Shown one piece after another: positions 50,966 to 62,899 of a DNA stretch of 64,000 nt. Under the pieces are notes generated by a model that saw only the letters and a list, made by a program, of their open reading frames with translations, was not told the DNA's origin and did not search any database. Source of the DNA: Marsupella aquatica (taxonomy: Eukaryota > Plantae > Marchantiophyta); NCBI GenBank assembly GCA_973895155.1, contig OZ316895.1, positions 22,952,558 through 23,016,557 on the forward strand. The letters are read 5' to 3'. The translations under genes were made by a program, and so were the position numbers. Numbering within the stretch: the stretch's first letter is position 1; every line of letters starts with the position of its first letter.

Positions 50966-53837
50966 AGTTTTCTTAACATTCATTGTAATTACTGATATAT
51001 GCTCTTCCTCATTCCTATGTATTAGGCTACGGCTTAGTTCTGGTTTGCTCTAGTTAGAGAGGGAAACCGGTTTGGTTTTTGTCCAGAACTTCCCGTTGAG
51101 GGATCATATACATTGGCAGTATTACTCTCCCCTAGACCAGAGTCAAGGGGAAGATTGTTGGGTATTTACTCTTACGTCTAGGTTAGGTATGACGTGGTTG
51201 GTACAACAACATGGGTTGGTACAACTACGTGGTTAGGTACAACTACGTGATTAGGTACAACTATGTGGTTAGGTACAACTACGTGATTAGGTACAATTAT
51301 GTGGTTAGGTACAACTAAGTTGCACACTATATCATAAGAGGCATGTGTGCTTGGAGCTAGAGGTAGAACCAAGGCTCATTGTTATGGAGCCACTTGAGAG
51401 ATAGGGAGAGCTTACACTGTGGAGACTCGGTATAGCCGACGGGCTTAGAGTTCAGTAAAGCTCTCTTGTGTGTTCCCGTGGACGTAGCCTCAAGGAGGTG
51501 AACCACGTATCTCTTGTGTCGACTATTGTGCGTTGGATGGTTCATGGGCTTGCCGTTGCGATCGTCGTCTATGCTCAACAACATGAGCTTTACTGCACTC
51601 TAGGCCGACCGGCCATACAAAGCATCCACGGCGCAAGCTCTCTCTATCTCTCAACTAGCTCCGTAACAATGAGCCTGAGTCCCCCCTCTCCAAGCAAACA
51701 CCGCTTGGTTATAGAGTGTGCACAGCATGACTAACTTAACCAAGTCTACGACTGTCTAAGGTTAGCCTTAACTACGGTACAGTCGTAACTCTAGACCTAA
51801 GAGTAAATCCTAACAGTCTTCCTGTGGGTTAGGGCACTACTCTCTTTATTAACAGCTTGGACTTGGTGGGGCCTTGTTTCTTATTTTGCCACTCTTTGTC
51901 CACTCCAAATGACTTGATGGGGCCATCAGGAGCGCGACTGGCCCCTTTCTTTTGAAAGAGAATTACTAAGGCATCTCATACCTCTGAGTTTTGCCTCCGG
52001 TTAGGGTCACGGTTATTTACCCAGAACTAATGACAGTGGCAGACAAAAAAAAGCTTGTCCACACACTTGTGACAACAGACCAAATTGATACTTTTGGGTC
52101 AGGGATCTTTTTGCGGACCTAAGGTCTGAGACGCCGTATTGGAAACAACACCAAAATGTTGGCATTTTTTTAGCTTTAAGAGTTCAGGGCCAAATATTGA
52201 ATGTGAAGGGCAGGCAACAGAAGAGAGGGATGGGGCGACTATGGTTGCTTGAGAGCCAATGAGAACACAGCCGTGGTCCAGTAGTTGAGTTAAAAGTAGC
52301 AGGATACAGTTTGGGGGAAATATATTAGTTGTGGGGCAGGTTTGTAATAACATCAGGTTGGGGGATGGTTTAGTAAAAAGTTGTTTGATCATATTGTCCA
52401 CAATGAATCAGCAATTGCTATTGCTTTCGGCATGTTTTGGTGGGGCATGTTTTGATGGGACTTCTAGCTAACAGTTATCTGGCATAATGCCTGACCATTG
52501 TCTGTTATAATCATATATGGGCTCCATGCACCCTAAAGCCCGTTCAGTAGGGCAATGTCTCTGGAAAGCCACCTCGGGCAGGCCTCCCTTGTACTTCATC
52601 CAAGACAGACACTGCACACCTTTGTGAGAGGGCTTCCCTACAAACAATTTGACTCTCCTTACATTACAATTGTGTTAAGCCAGGTTTGGAGCCATTTTAC
52701 ACCCAAAAAAAGTATAGAAAATAGGGATTTAAAAGATCCAGCAAATGCATATGCATTCTACTATTGTGAAGATGGAGTTCTTCATCATATCTCCATCTTC
52801 ACTCCATAGTGAAAGCAGAGACGAGGCAAAGAAGGAATTTGATACACGGCAGGTGCATATGCAGGGAAAGTGAAGATGGAGGTAAGCACCAGACAGAGTT
52901 GGAAGGGAAGGCCGAGATGGAGTAGCCATTGGTGCTGAACTGAATCCTGGGTGATGAAACACTGAGAAAAGCCCTTCACCTAGCCAAAATGTGGGAAAAT
53001 AACTACAGTACGAGCACGGAAACTAAGCCGAACTTAAAGAGCCACTGTCCATGACAAAACCTGGTTCCAGGTTTCACCATTTTTAGTATCATTTTACTTA
53101 AATTGTGAAACAAAGTCTCATGCTAGTGGAGAAAAATGTGAGAAAGTGAGGAGTCTTGGACTTTATATGGACATTGGTGGTTTAACCACAAAAAGGCTTT
53201 ACCAAATGATTTCAAAGGCTTTACCAAATGATTTCAAAGAGGCTTAAAACCACAGTTAAGATCATCTCTCATATTTCACACTCCCGGGACGAAGCATCCT
53301 GTGTGCAGTAAACAGGGGTTTGCACTACACAATAAGTGCAAAATCATGGGATTGTGCACTTATCAGTAACAGCGTATGCTTTAAATTAAATAGTGTTGTG
53401 ACTCGCAACCCAAATTGTACATCGCTGCCCTAAATTTGGAGTAATTCTCTATAACTGCACCTTCTATTCTATTTAAAAAAGAGCATGCGCTTATCAGTAA
53501 ATGCAATTTGATGAGATTGTGTGCTTACTGATCAGTGTACATTGCACTCATCAAAGGTTTGCACTTATAAAGTCAGGCATATAAATTTGTCGTTGAGTGA
53601 AACTATTCAGGCCCTTTTGCACTTTAAAAAAGAAACAATAAAAGTGCAAACTCTGTTAAAGAAGGGGAAGAACTGGGCGTCTTGCAGTTAGCTAGGTATA
53701 CACTTAAGAATTTGCACTTAGAGAGAGCCGACTGTACGCGAGGTAAATAATGCCCATGTCGGTATTTCCAGAGAACAGTGGTATCGAAAGCCAGCTATGG
53801 CGATGAGCTCTGAACTGTGAGGTCGGCTTTCAGGGCG

Positions 53838-54668
53838 ATGGCGTTTGAGAGTGTGGAGGCTTGGGAGGCCGTTTTTGGGCAAGCGCAGCGGCAAGCGGAG
53901 TCCAACAGCGGCAGCTTGGAAGGCGATTTTCTTCCTTTTCTATTTTCACTTGCTGCAAAGGACGCTTCCCATCTACGCCTCTACGTCTCTGACTTCCACT
54001 CTGAAACATGGCAAGAGGATTTCTCCGTTCAGCAGCTTCAGGATTTACGGGAGGATGTGGGCATCGGTAACAATTTGGATGAGTTCCTTACCTATCTAAG
54101 GAGCGCGTTTTCATCAAAGAACGTGAGGGTTTTTCCGGGAGGACAAGAGCGTTCTGTTGGTGGTGCCGCGTCTGGAAAAATATCTGCCCAGAAGATCAGG
54201 GGAACTCCATATGTGTCTCTTCCTTTGAGAAGGCTGGAAGGTTCAGCTGCTGACGATGCGAAAGCGTCGATTGCTTTCGGCAATTTTCGGGCCTTCCTTG
54301 CAGTGTCCTCATCGATCGCCTCAGAAAAGGCACAAGTTGGTGGTCTGAAAGCAGATTTGGCAGCAGAGAAGGCAAAGGCAGAGAGGCTTCAAGAACAGAT
54401 TGATAAATCTAGTTTCAAGAGTCGGAGCAAACTGAAAAGGACTCACTCTACTCGATCCGCTTCACCACAACCAAGCCTCCTGTCAACTCAGCGTGACACA
54501 CAAGTCGTACTCCCTTCGCTTCCAGCTACTCTCTCGGGAACACTCAAGGATGGCAAGGAAGTGGCAGTGCCCAAGGCTCCGGGAAATAACAGCAGGGTGC
54601 ATGTTGCTCCAACCTCACGTAGGGTGAAACAGAGAGGAACTGTAATTAGGGAAAGCACAGATGCATGA
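53838..54668 (+). CDS. PAXX-like non-homologous end-joining factor (At5g64010-like), intronless, 276 aa
   Basis: N-terminal head with PFLF...LRLYVSDFHSETW...QLQDLREDVGIG...FLTYLRSAFSS, a coiled coil, and a basic C-terminal RRVKQRGTVI motif. Family recognised from memory. Confidence 0.75.
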   Translation: MAFESVEAWEAVFGQAQRQAESNSGSLEGDFLPFLFSLAAKDASHLRLYVSDFHSETWQEDFSVQQLQDLREDVGIGNNLDEFLTYLRSAFSSKNVRVFPGGQERSVGGAASGKISAQKIRGTPYVSLPLRRLEGSAADDAKASIAFGNFRAFLAVSSSIASEKAQVGGLKADLAAEKAKAERLQEQIDKSSFKSRSKLKRTHSTRSASPQPSLLSTQRDTQVVLPSLPATLSGTLKDGKEVAVPKAPGNNSRVHVAPTSRRVKQRGTVIRESTDA

Positions 54669-57600
54669 TAAAAAAGAGGTTGTTCGTCCATTAGAATGTT
54701 TCGAGGAATCCGACGCTCCCAGAACTAGGTCATAGACTTGAGGACTTTTGAAGGAAATCCAGCAGTGATTTTGTCGAGTCTCATAATCTTAGCCACGCAA
54801 AGCAGCCTTTTATCGCCTTCACTTGGGGTGTAAGGAGAAAGCGCATTCTGTTTCAGTCTCCGAGCTGAAACAGAGATTGGCGTAGGACGACAGATGCACA
54901 TGGAGCGAAGACTACAAGACGCGTGTGATACTGAGGAAAGTTGAATGTCAGGGCCCCTGGTTAGGATGTGCCTGTAGCGAAACGTGCAGAACTCTCCTAT
55001 GAGCCGGTGTGGGTGCCGTCGCAAGCATGGTTGGCGTGCCTTATGATCTCATCATCTGCTTCTGTATGACTACTTTACGCAGTTGGAATTCACTCCTAAA
55101 GTTGTACCATTTTCAAGATCTCTTGTAGGCCTTGCGTGTGTGGACCTCCAGATACCTGTCCAACGCACGGCATTAAGGGCGGGCATCTCAGGGACAGTGA
55201 ACAAGCTGTGGATGAAGTTGTCCATACAGAAGCAGATCGTGAGAACAGAATCTACTGGATGTGCGAGAGCCACTTTCGGATTGCAACAGGGGTTATTGCG
55301 CGACGTATCTCATTGACAGATGGAATATAAGGGCAATATATTTATGTTTGAAGAGATGTCTTGAAAGATCCTACTGCAAATTGGGAGTGAATTTTCATCC
55401 TCCCTGTTTGCATGACATCGGCGTATATTCATCCACACTGATTGATTGTGAACCGTGCTTCAGATTAAGTACTCTACATGTAGCGACGCTGACATGCGGT
55501 ATCTGTGGTCCCCTTCATGGATGTGCGCTGAGGCCGCTCGAAAGATAGTGAAGGGCATTACGGCAATTGTGAAGCAGGTACTCATGAACCCAGTCTTTCT
55601 TGATGACGCAAACCCTCCTCTTGCTGGAATGGATAAGCTATTACCCTTCTCCTTTGAACCTCACTACTCGTGAGTTGTTACTATTGTAGCTTTCAATTGA
55701 AGAATAACTTCCAGCTTAGAAGATGATCTTGTGTTAGGTCAGACGAGGTATTTACAGTTCCGTCCCTTATCACTGCCATTGAGATTCTTTGCGTAGATTA
55801 GGTTTTCCAGTTGAACTTTCTTGTGTTCTCAATTAATTTCGTGAGCAGAGACCACGATGAGGGGTCGTTTTTCTACGAATACTACTTTACACTAATTTTT
55901 GTGTGTTTGCTATCGTGAGCGTCTACTTTACTCGACCTGTTTGTGCGATGTCGTCTGTGTGTCTGTTCTTGATCCCTTCAAATGAACAAACTGAAATATG
56001 CTAGACAGACACGGCTATATCGAAACGTCACGAGATATGTCAGTAGCCAGAGCAGGGATGTGTTCAGACTTCAAAAACATTCCTGACTTGCCACTGTTTT
56101 TCTCGCCGTTGAGTATCCTTAGAGGTGTTGATTAATTAGTTTTCTTAGGTTTCCGAAAGAGTCTGAGGGTGCTGATAGTGTGCTTGCCAAGGAGCAATGG
56201 AGGAGATCATTCAGCTGTCAACACAAGTTTATTGCATTTGCCGGCATTCTGCCTCACAACGAGTCTGAATGTTTTCGGGAGACAGTGTAGAGGCAGCAAT
56301 ACACTACCGAGAATCTTGATAATGTAAGACCGACTGTCCAGACTGATCGATTTGAATCAGTGGACCTTATCTACATGTTTAACCTGACTGGTTTCATTCG
56401 TACATTCAAAGTTCTCCTGAAGACTTACAATCTGCAAATAGCAAATCAGCGTCAATTCCTGAGATATGGGATAATGAATTGCTTGTTGTTGTAGTTTATT
56501 TCCTGGTTCTGCTCTCGGGATGGAGTTTGTGTCCATTGTTGATTACCGCTAACATTTTCAGGAATCCGATCGGTTCCACACAGCAAGAATCTTGGGTGCA
56601 AATTAAGCGTTAAAAAGATTGTACCGGACTGGGTGCTTTTTCCCTTTACAATGACACCACCCTCACATGTAGGATGGTCTGTTTCCAAGTTTAGTCTGTC
56701 ATATGGGCCGTTTATTTTATCATTGTGTCCTCTCAAACCAGGAACAAAGCTCTGCTGAGACTGCCTGGTTCTTAGCTGGGGGAAGTTGTCTCATAATGAA
56801 ATGAAAGCTCTTCTCTCTGTTAACCTTGCAGTTCACGAGTTTGGATTAAAGTTCAGGAGGGCGATGCAAGAGTTGAAAAGTCGTCACTCATAGAATGCTA
56901 CTGCTGTGACCGACCAGATCGTTAACGTCGATAGACGAAATGAGTGTACTGTATTACTCTTTACCTAGACACTGCAAGTTCTGCTCGGTGTCCTCATTTT
57001 GCAATCAATTGCAACGTGAAGCTCAATAACTGGAGTTCATGCCCTTCGGAAGCTGTTATTGGTGTGGAAAACCCACTTCTCCACAGTTTCTTTTGCATTG
57101 TGTCATTTGAAGAAGTGCAATTCATAGAGCTGCATGGCACTCCACAATGCCACTCACAAAGAAAAACATGAAAGGTTACCTTTGTGAACATAGGGGAAGC
57201 ATTCAACAGAGCTATGCTTGGAGTGCAAAACGTTGCTAACCTGGCATACTGATACTTAGTAGGACCATGTGACCAAACAGCTTTAGTCACACAAATAGTC
57301 AATGAATCCGCTTCGCCTCTGTTTTTCTATTGCCTGTTTCCCCAGTAGGATTCTCGCTGTATTTCGTGCAAAAGCACCCTGACTACCACTGCTGGGCTTC
57401 ACTTAATACTTTGTGAATCACCAAAATTTGCAATTAAGTCTCCTTGCTGAAAAGGTAGAAGAGCAAACACATATGACCTGATTGCAATCCGAGTGGGCAC
57501 TCTTCTCGGCAATCTTGACCCACTCTCGCAATAATGTTCACGAAGACCGGTCAAAGAATACTTTTCGAAATGAAGCCAGGCCTAACATGAAATGCTCTAT

Positions 57601-60401
57601 GAAGGCAACACAATGTACAGACCCTGCCACTTTTCTGTTTCCTAATTCCTCTCACTACCACAGAAGTGTCAAGAGAGGTTGAGAGGGTTTAATGCACTTT
57701 TTAGTACTGTAAAGTTAACCTGGCATATATGGTAGAGATGGTAATTTTGGCTGGTGATCCTACAGTGATTGAGATTATGGTGAGTCTTTGTTATAAGCAC
57801 TGCCTTACATGTGTAAGCCATCAACGGTGCTCCTGTGACATTGAGCAAGCCTGCGGGGGACTACACTCTTGACTACATCATTACATGTTATGATCAACAT
57901 TTTCAAGCTTCTGGCTACAGATCAAGGTACAACAATTTATTTATAGATTCGTCAAGCACTACTATGATATAGATCAGTGGAGAGCCATGTCATGCCAACT
58001 TGGCTTTGTTTTAGGATATTCTGACCAGATGTAGTCAACTAGATAGTTTTTTAGACATGGAAAATTCAAAATTATTTATGTGCCCGGGGCAAGCAGGTGG
58101 GTTCCCTAGAGGTGATAGGGAGACCCCAGGTTAACATTGAGGTTCAAAGCACACCAAAGTCACTTCCTAGCTCCCCCTAGGGGAGAAAGTGACAACCAGA
58201 GTATGGAGTAGAAGAGGAGGAAAGCAAGGGGAGCTGTATGGGGTTAAAGGCATCTTGGACTCCTAAAGCAAGATTAGATGTTTGGGGGGATATTGTGTTT
58301 AATACACATGGTTTAGTATAAAAACACCTTTGAATCTGAGGGTTTGGTTTATTTTGAAATTCCTAAAACATTACTGCAGAGGGACAATAGTTTCTTCCCT
58401 TCCATACATCTATCCGGGCATCTATCTGTCCACAAGGACAAATATTGGGCAACCCAACAAAACCAAGGTTGGCATTGTTGGTGTGTTTGCATTAGTATAT
58501 CATATGTGATGAGGCATGATGTTTGGATGTGAGGCTCACAACGGGTTACAAGCTTAGGTATGATTGTTTAGAGTTTCTGGTGGGACATAGTGTTGGGATG
58601 ATGGTTACTCCATAGCATATGTAGCAAAAATGAAAATGAAAACCAACAGAGGGTACCTTTTTAACCTTTTTCACCTTTTCCACCTCCTTTTAGAGGGTCT
58701 AATATTGTTTCTTCTCATCCAAGGTAAACAGATACAAAGTCTTCAATAACAAGGGGTAAGAGATTCCTCAACTTTCGTGTGCTAGTTCTGATATGCTATC
58801 CATGCAATTCAAGTATGATGCTTGACCAGACACAAGTATGAAAGAATTGGAAAAGTCCACTGAAATGAAGCCAAGCCAGGACATATCTATCAATACATTG
58901 CACTGGTCAACAGGTGATTGTCTCCATAGCAAGATGTTAAACCACAAGACAGTTCAACTGAATGAACCACATGTGAGAATTGAGCAGTCAACTCAATGAC
59001 ATTCGACTTGCTATGCAACATACAGTAGGTTTTTCATGAGAAAAGCTTTCATAGATTGATGACTGAAGAGATATCCATAAACTAAAAGGGCCAAAAGTCA
59101 AGGCCATTTCACCCCCGATTTCACCCCACCCTGAGAAATGAGAGTTACCCTAAAATGTGTGCCTAAATTGAACTTTACTCCAAAAACTCCTGGTCAACTG
59201 ACTTTGGGCACCGTTGAGGGCAGCAACTGTTGCAGTGCCCTGGAAAGCCTGCCATCCACTCAGGGTTTTGAGCTTGTCATCTTCCCTTGTGTGGAGTGTG
59301 TCACCTTCTTATGTACGGTGCATGAACATGGGATACCTTGTGTACTTTGCAAGATTTTTGCCTGATCTGCCACCATGTTGTTAACTCAATGAAAATTGAG
59401 TTGAGTCCATCCCCTACGTGTATTGAGCCTGCCGTCTGCTATTAAAGCGCTTGTCCCGCTACACCCTTTGCTCCCATTACTCCCTTTGCTTACAATTGAA
59501 CACTGTTTGCTAGGGCAGGAACATGGCACTGTTGAACAGAAAAATATGGCTTGTGGACAAATATTAACAAAAGGGACCCTGTTTTGTTAATTATGAGATT
59601 TCTGTTTGCCGCATGCATTGTGGAGTAATCTTCACATCCAAATATGCCTTATCACATAAGTTATGCCCGATGTTATGTAGTACCTAGGCTTGTAGCCCAG
59701 TGAGTCTCACATCCAAATATTATGCCTCGTCAGATATCTATTCCCAAGCTAGTGAGTGCTATAGACAAACAATAGTTCCTTCCTTCCAACCAGCTGTTGA
59801 TGACCTAGTGAGACAAAGGGTGCCATGATGTTATAGCATATGTGATAAGTTATAATATTTTGATATGAGACTGACAAGGGACAATAAGCTTAGGCATGAC
59901 TACATTGTATATGTGAAAAGGCTTAATGTTTGGACATGAGGATTACTTGATAATATACACTACTCGCTTAAACATCAAAAGTAACAAACAAGGGTTCCTT
60001 CTCATGGTGTTGCCAAGTCTAATATTTGTATGTCTTCCAAATTTTAGCACAAGTCCAAGGATATATTCTCTAAATTTCATATGTCATTTAAAAAAGAAAG
60101 CAAGGTATACACTGTCAAGTCAGTGCGTACATCAAGATGCTAACAACTGAATATTTTGTTATATACATCCAAACTTTTCTCTAGCTCTCACAAAAGCTAC
60201 TTACAATTTATCATTGAGAGTTGGATGTCTAATGATTAATTATTTTTTTGTACGAATCTGATAGGCCCTCTGACTGTAGAAATGGTGTGGAACCTGTGTG
60301 CTACAGGTTTTACACCAACTTGGTGTAGGTACTAATGTACATGTGCAATCTGTAATTGCTCTCACTTACGCAGTAGTACAGATGGCCACCAAGGATTCCT
60401 G

Positions 60402-61436
60402 GAGGTATATGTTTGACAGACCCCGAAACACTATTGTTTCTTGCTTGATTGACCCCCCCAAAGTCCATTTATTACCTGGAGGTATATGTTTGACAGACCC
60501 TGAAACACTATTGTTTCTTGCTTGATTGACCCCCCAAAGTCCATTTATTACCCAATCTATCCCCTTTCATAGTTTTTGGTGAAATGTTCTTGTCCCGGAC
60601 ATTATACTGTGTATCATGGCATATGGTGTATCATGGCATATGAGAACATGAACCAGGTTCATAGCATAACCGTCTATTGCAATTGTAGTCTACCTGAACC
60701 TGTACGTGGGTGCAAGCTACTTCACCAAACGGTGAAGCTGCTTGCACCCACGAAGAGGTTTTTGGAGACAATAGTCAATCCTTGGTAGTCGCCGTCGCGG
60801 ATCAAGCGAGGATTGACTATCGTTGCAGTCCCGGAGAATTGACAAGTGTTGGGTTCTTGGCTGTCATAATGGTCCTGCAGTATAAAGATTGAAAACATTT
60901 TGAGAACATTTAATAATTTCTGAACACAAGTGTGCAAATTTAGCAAATTGGTGTCAAAGAAATCCAGCAAAGCATTTGTCCATGGGGAAGATCCAAAAAT
61001 AGATTTGTCCCTAGTGGAATGCATTGATAAAGATTCTCAACAAAGTAGTGATGAACATTATAGAGATCCCGCCCAATTCTACTACGGACCTCTAAACTTC
61101 AGACGACTGAAGACTAACCCCTACATGACTGACGACCATACTAGTTTTATCTTCATTCAAGCATAAAAGTACCCACGACTGCATCCAATGTCATTCTTAT
61201 CAAGCGAGGACTGTGGGCTGACTCCTATCTCGACACAATTGCAGCGTACCACAAGCGACACCATTGGCTCATATGATATAAAATTACAGTTTGCCTAGGT
61301 AAGGTCTCCCTATAGTGGTCCTCACAAGAATTATCTGTAAGAAACTGTAAGAGGGGGTAGATTGGGTAACAAATGAACTTTGGGGGTTTATCAAAGCAAG
61401 AAACTATTGTTTGGGGGTCTATTAAGCATATACCTC
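60402..61436. mobile_element. Non-autonomous Mutator-like element (possible Pack-MULE)
   Basis: Long TIRs gaggtatatg... / ...catatacctc and a perfect 10-bp TSD AGGATTCCTG (60392-60401, 61437-61446). The left TIR is tandemly duplicated. Confidence 0.87.
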
Positions 61437-62710
61437 AGGATTCCTGCCTTATTTATATGATTATCGCACTGCCAAAGAACAAAATGCGCCCAACCGGGCA
61501 ACAAAATCCCAAAGGCAAGAGACAGAACCAAGGGGAGAAGACTACAGACTGCACCCATTGCCCCTGCCCCCAACCAGACTCAAGTTTACATACTAAATGC
61601 CCTTTGAGATTTGTTCCTTTGTATTTTTAGGGCATTCTGGGATCATAATGGCTCAGTCAAGAAGTGCATCAACTCTTTAGGAAGATTCTCCTCTACTTGT
61701 ATTAAAGTTGAAATGTTTTTCAAGCCTTTAAGTGCACTATGGTCCTGTTTTTCAAGGCATAATACCCCATAATGCCCTCCAAACTGGACTTCATTGTATA
61801 CATAGTATACTTGTATACACTGAACCATGTCTAAGTGCAGACTTTCGGGAAGACACCACCAGCCAGCAGTTATCCACGGAATGCACGACGGCATAAGGGC
61901 ACTTAACATCATTTATGCATTTTTCCATATGTGCATAGTCACTATCTAATAAGTTCACTGCCCAGTTGTGTTGAACTTCTCATACCCGAGCAATCATATT
62001 GCACATTTCAACTGGATAAGTGCATGAAACTACTTTACATAGCTGTTTGCTGCACTTATCGATTAATGCTTCTTGCATATGCATTGCAGTAATTGATAAA
62101 TGCATGTGTACCATTACAGATGGAAATGCACTTCCATATTTGTCATTTAGTGTCGATATATTACCTGATAATGAGTCTCTACCTACACTTAAGCAAGCTG
62201 CATTTTTTGGTGCATTTGCAAAGAAAATTATTGTAAGTTTAGGTGAAGACATGGCTGGCCTGCACTTATTCCTATAATGCACTTATACATGCTTCACTCC
62301 ACATATTTGATGACAATCCATTGAGGAGGGGTTGGTTTCAGTGTATTTTTGAAGGTTCTACTTTTTTGCGAGTGGCGTATGTCCAGTGAGCGTTTTTTAT
62401 AGATGCTCAAATATTCCTTATATGATTATTTTCCTGATCATCAGATCTCCTTAGATTTAAGGATGACCGTTAGATTCTGGCTAATGGGACATGTGACTAG
62501 GTGAAACACCGGCCAATGAGACAGAAAAATATTAGGTGAAACAATGGCTAATGAGACAGAAAAATACTAGCGAATTTTTGCCACTAAAAAAACGCTGGTT
62601 GGTTTGCTGAGGGGTTTATTTGCTTCTTACCGACTTAAATTTTCTCAATGAGTCAGTCGTTGGATGAAAAGGCATCGGGCGGCCATGTGTCGAGACCTCG
62701 GCTGCAACCC

Positions 62711-62719
62711 AAACCCTAA
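62711..62719 (+). promoter_or_regulatory. Telo-box upstream of the ribosomal protein gene
   Basis: AAACCCTAA lies ~165 nt upstream of the RPS13 ATG and is followed by a pyrimidine tract (~62763-62777). This is typical of plant ribosomal protein promoters. Confidence 0.6.
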
Positions 62720-62876
62720 CATCCTGTTTTCTCCGTGTGCAGCTTTAGCTTCGCTCGCGAAGCTTTTCCCTTCTTTCGGTGCTCTCGCTCGAAGCCCTCT
62801 CGTCGTGTGGTCGCCTCCGTCGTAGCAGAACAGCAGCAACAGCAGGCGTTCGCCTTGGCCTCACAAGCTCGTCACC

Positions 62877-62899
62877 ATGGGGCGTATGCACAGTCGCGG
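62877..62899 (+). CDS. RPS13: 40S ribosomal protein S13 (uS15), coding exon 1
   Basis: caccATG GGG CGT ATG CAC AGT CGC GG|gtaagt encodes MGRMHSRG followed by a consensus donor. Exon 2 was not found in the window. Confidence 0.85.

Larger units (their letters stand above)
44794..51580 (+). mobile_element. Full-length Ty1/copia LTR retrotransposon (Tnt1/Tork-like), defective
   Basis: LTRs at 44794-45160 and 51156-51580 (TG...CA), TSD ACATG, PBS tggtattagagc at 45163-45174 (tRNA-iMet-like), PPT aaggggaaga at 51145-51154, and gag-PR-INT-RT-RH order. Confidence 0.97.
44675..51815 (-). mobile_element. Older solo LTR (44675-44793 plus 51586-51815) split by the full-length copia insertion
   Basis: tgttgagc...cctaaca ends with TSD GCCTT/GTCTT (44670-44674, 51816-51820). 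The sequence is a reverse-complement relative of the inserted element's LTR. Confidence 0.82.

Noticed and set aside
51178-51372. ORF with VVPNH repeats
   Set aside because: Translation artefact of the 18-bp LTR minisatellite.
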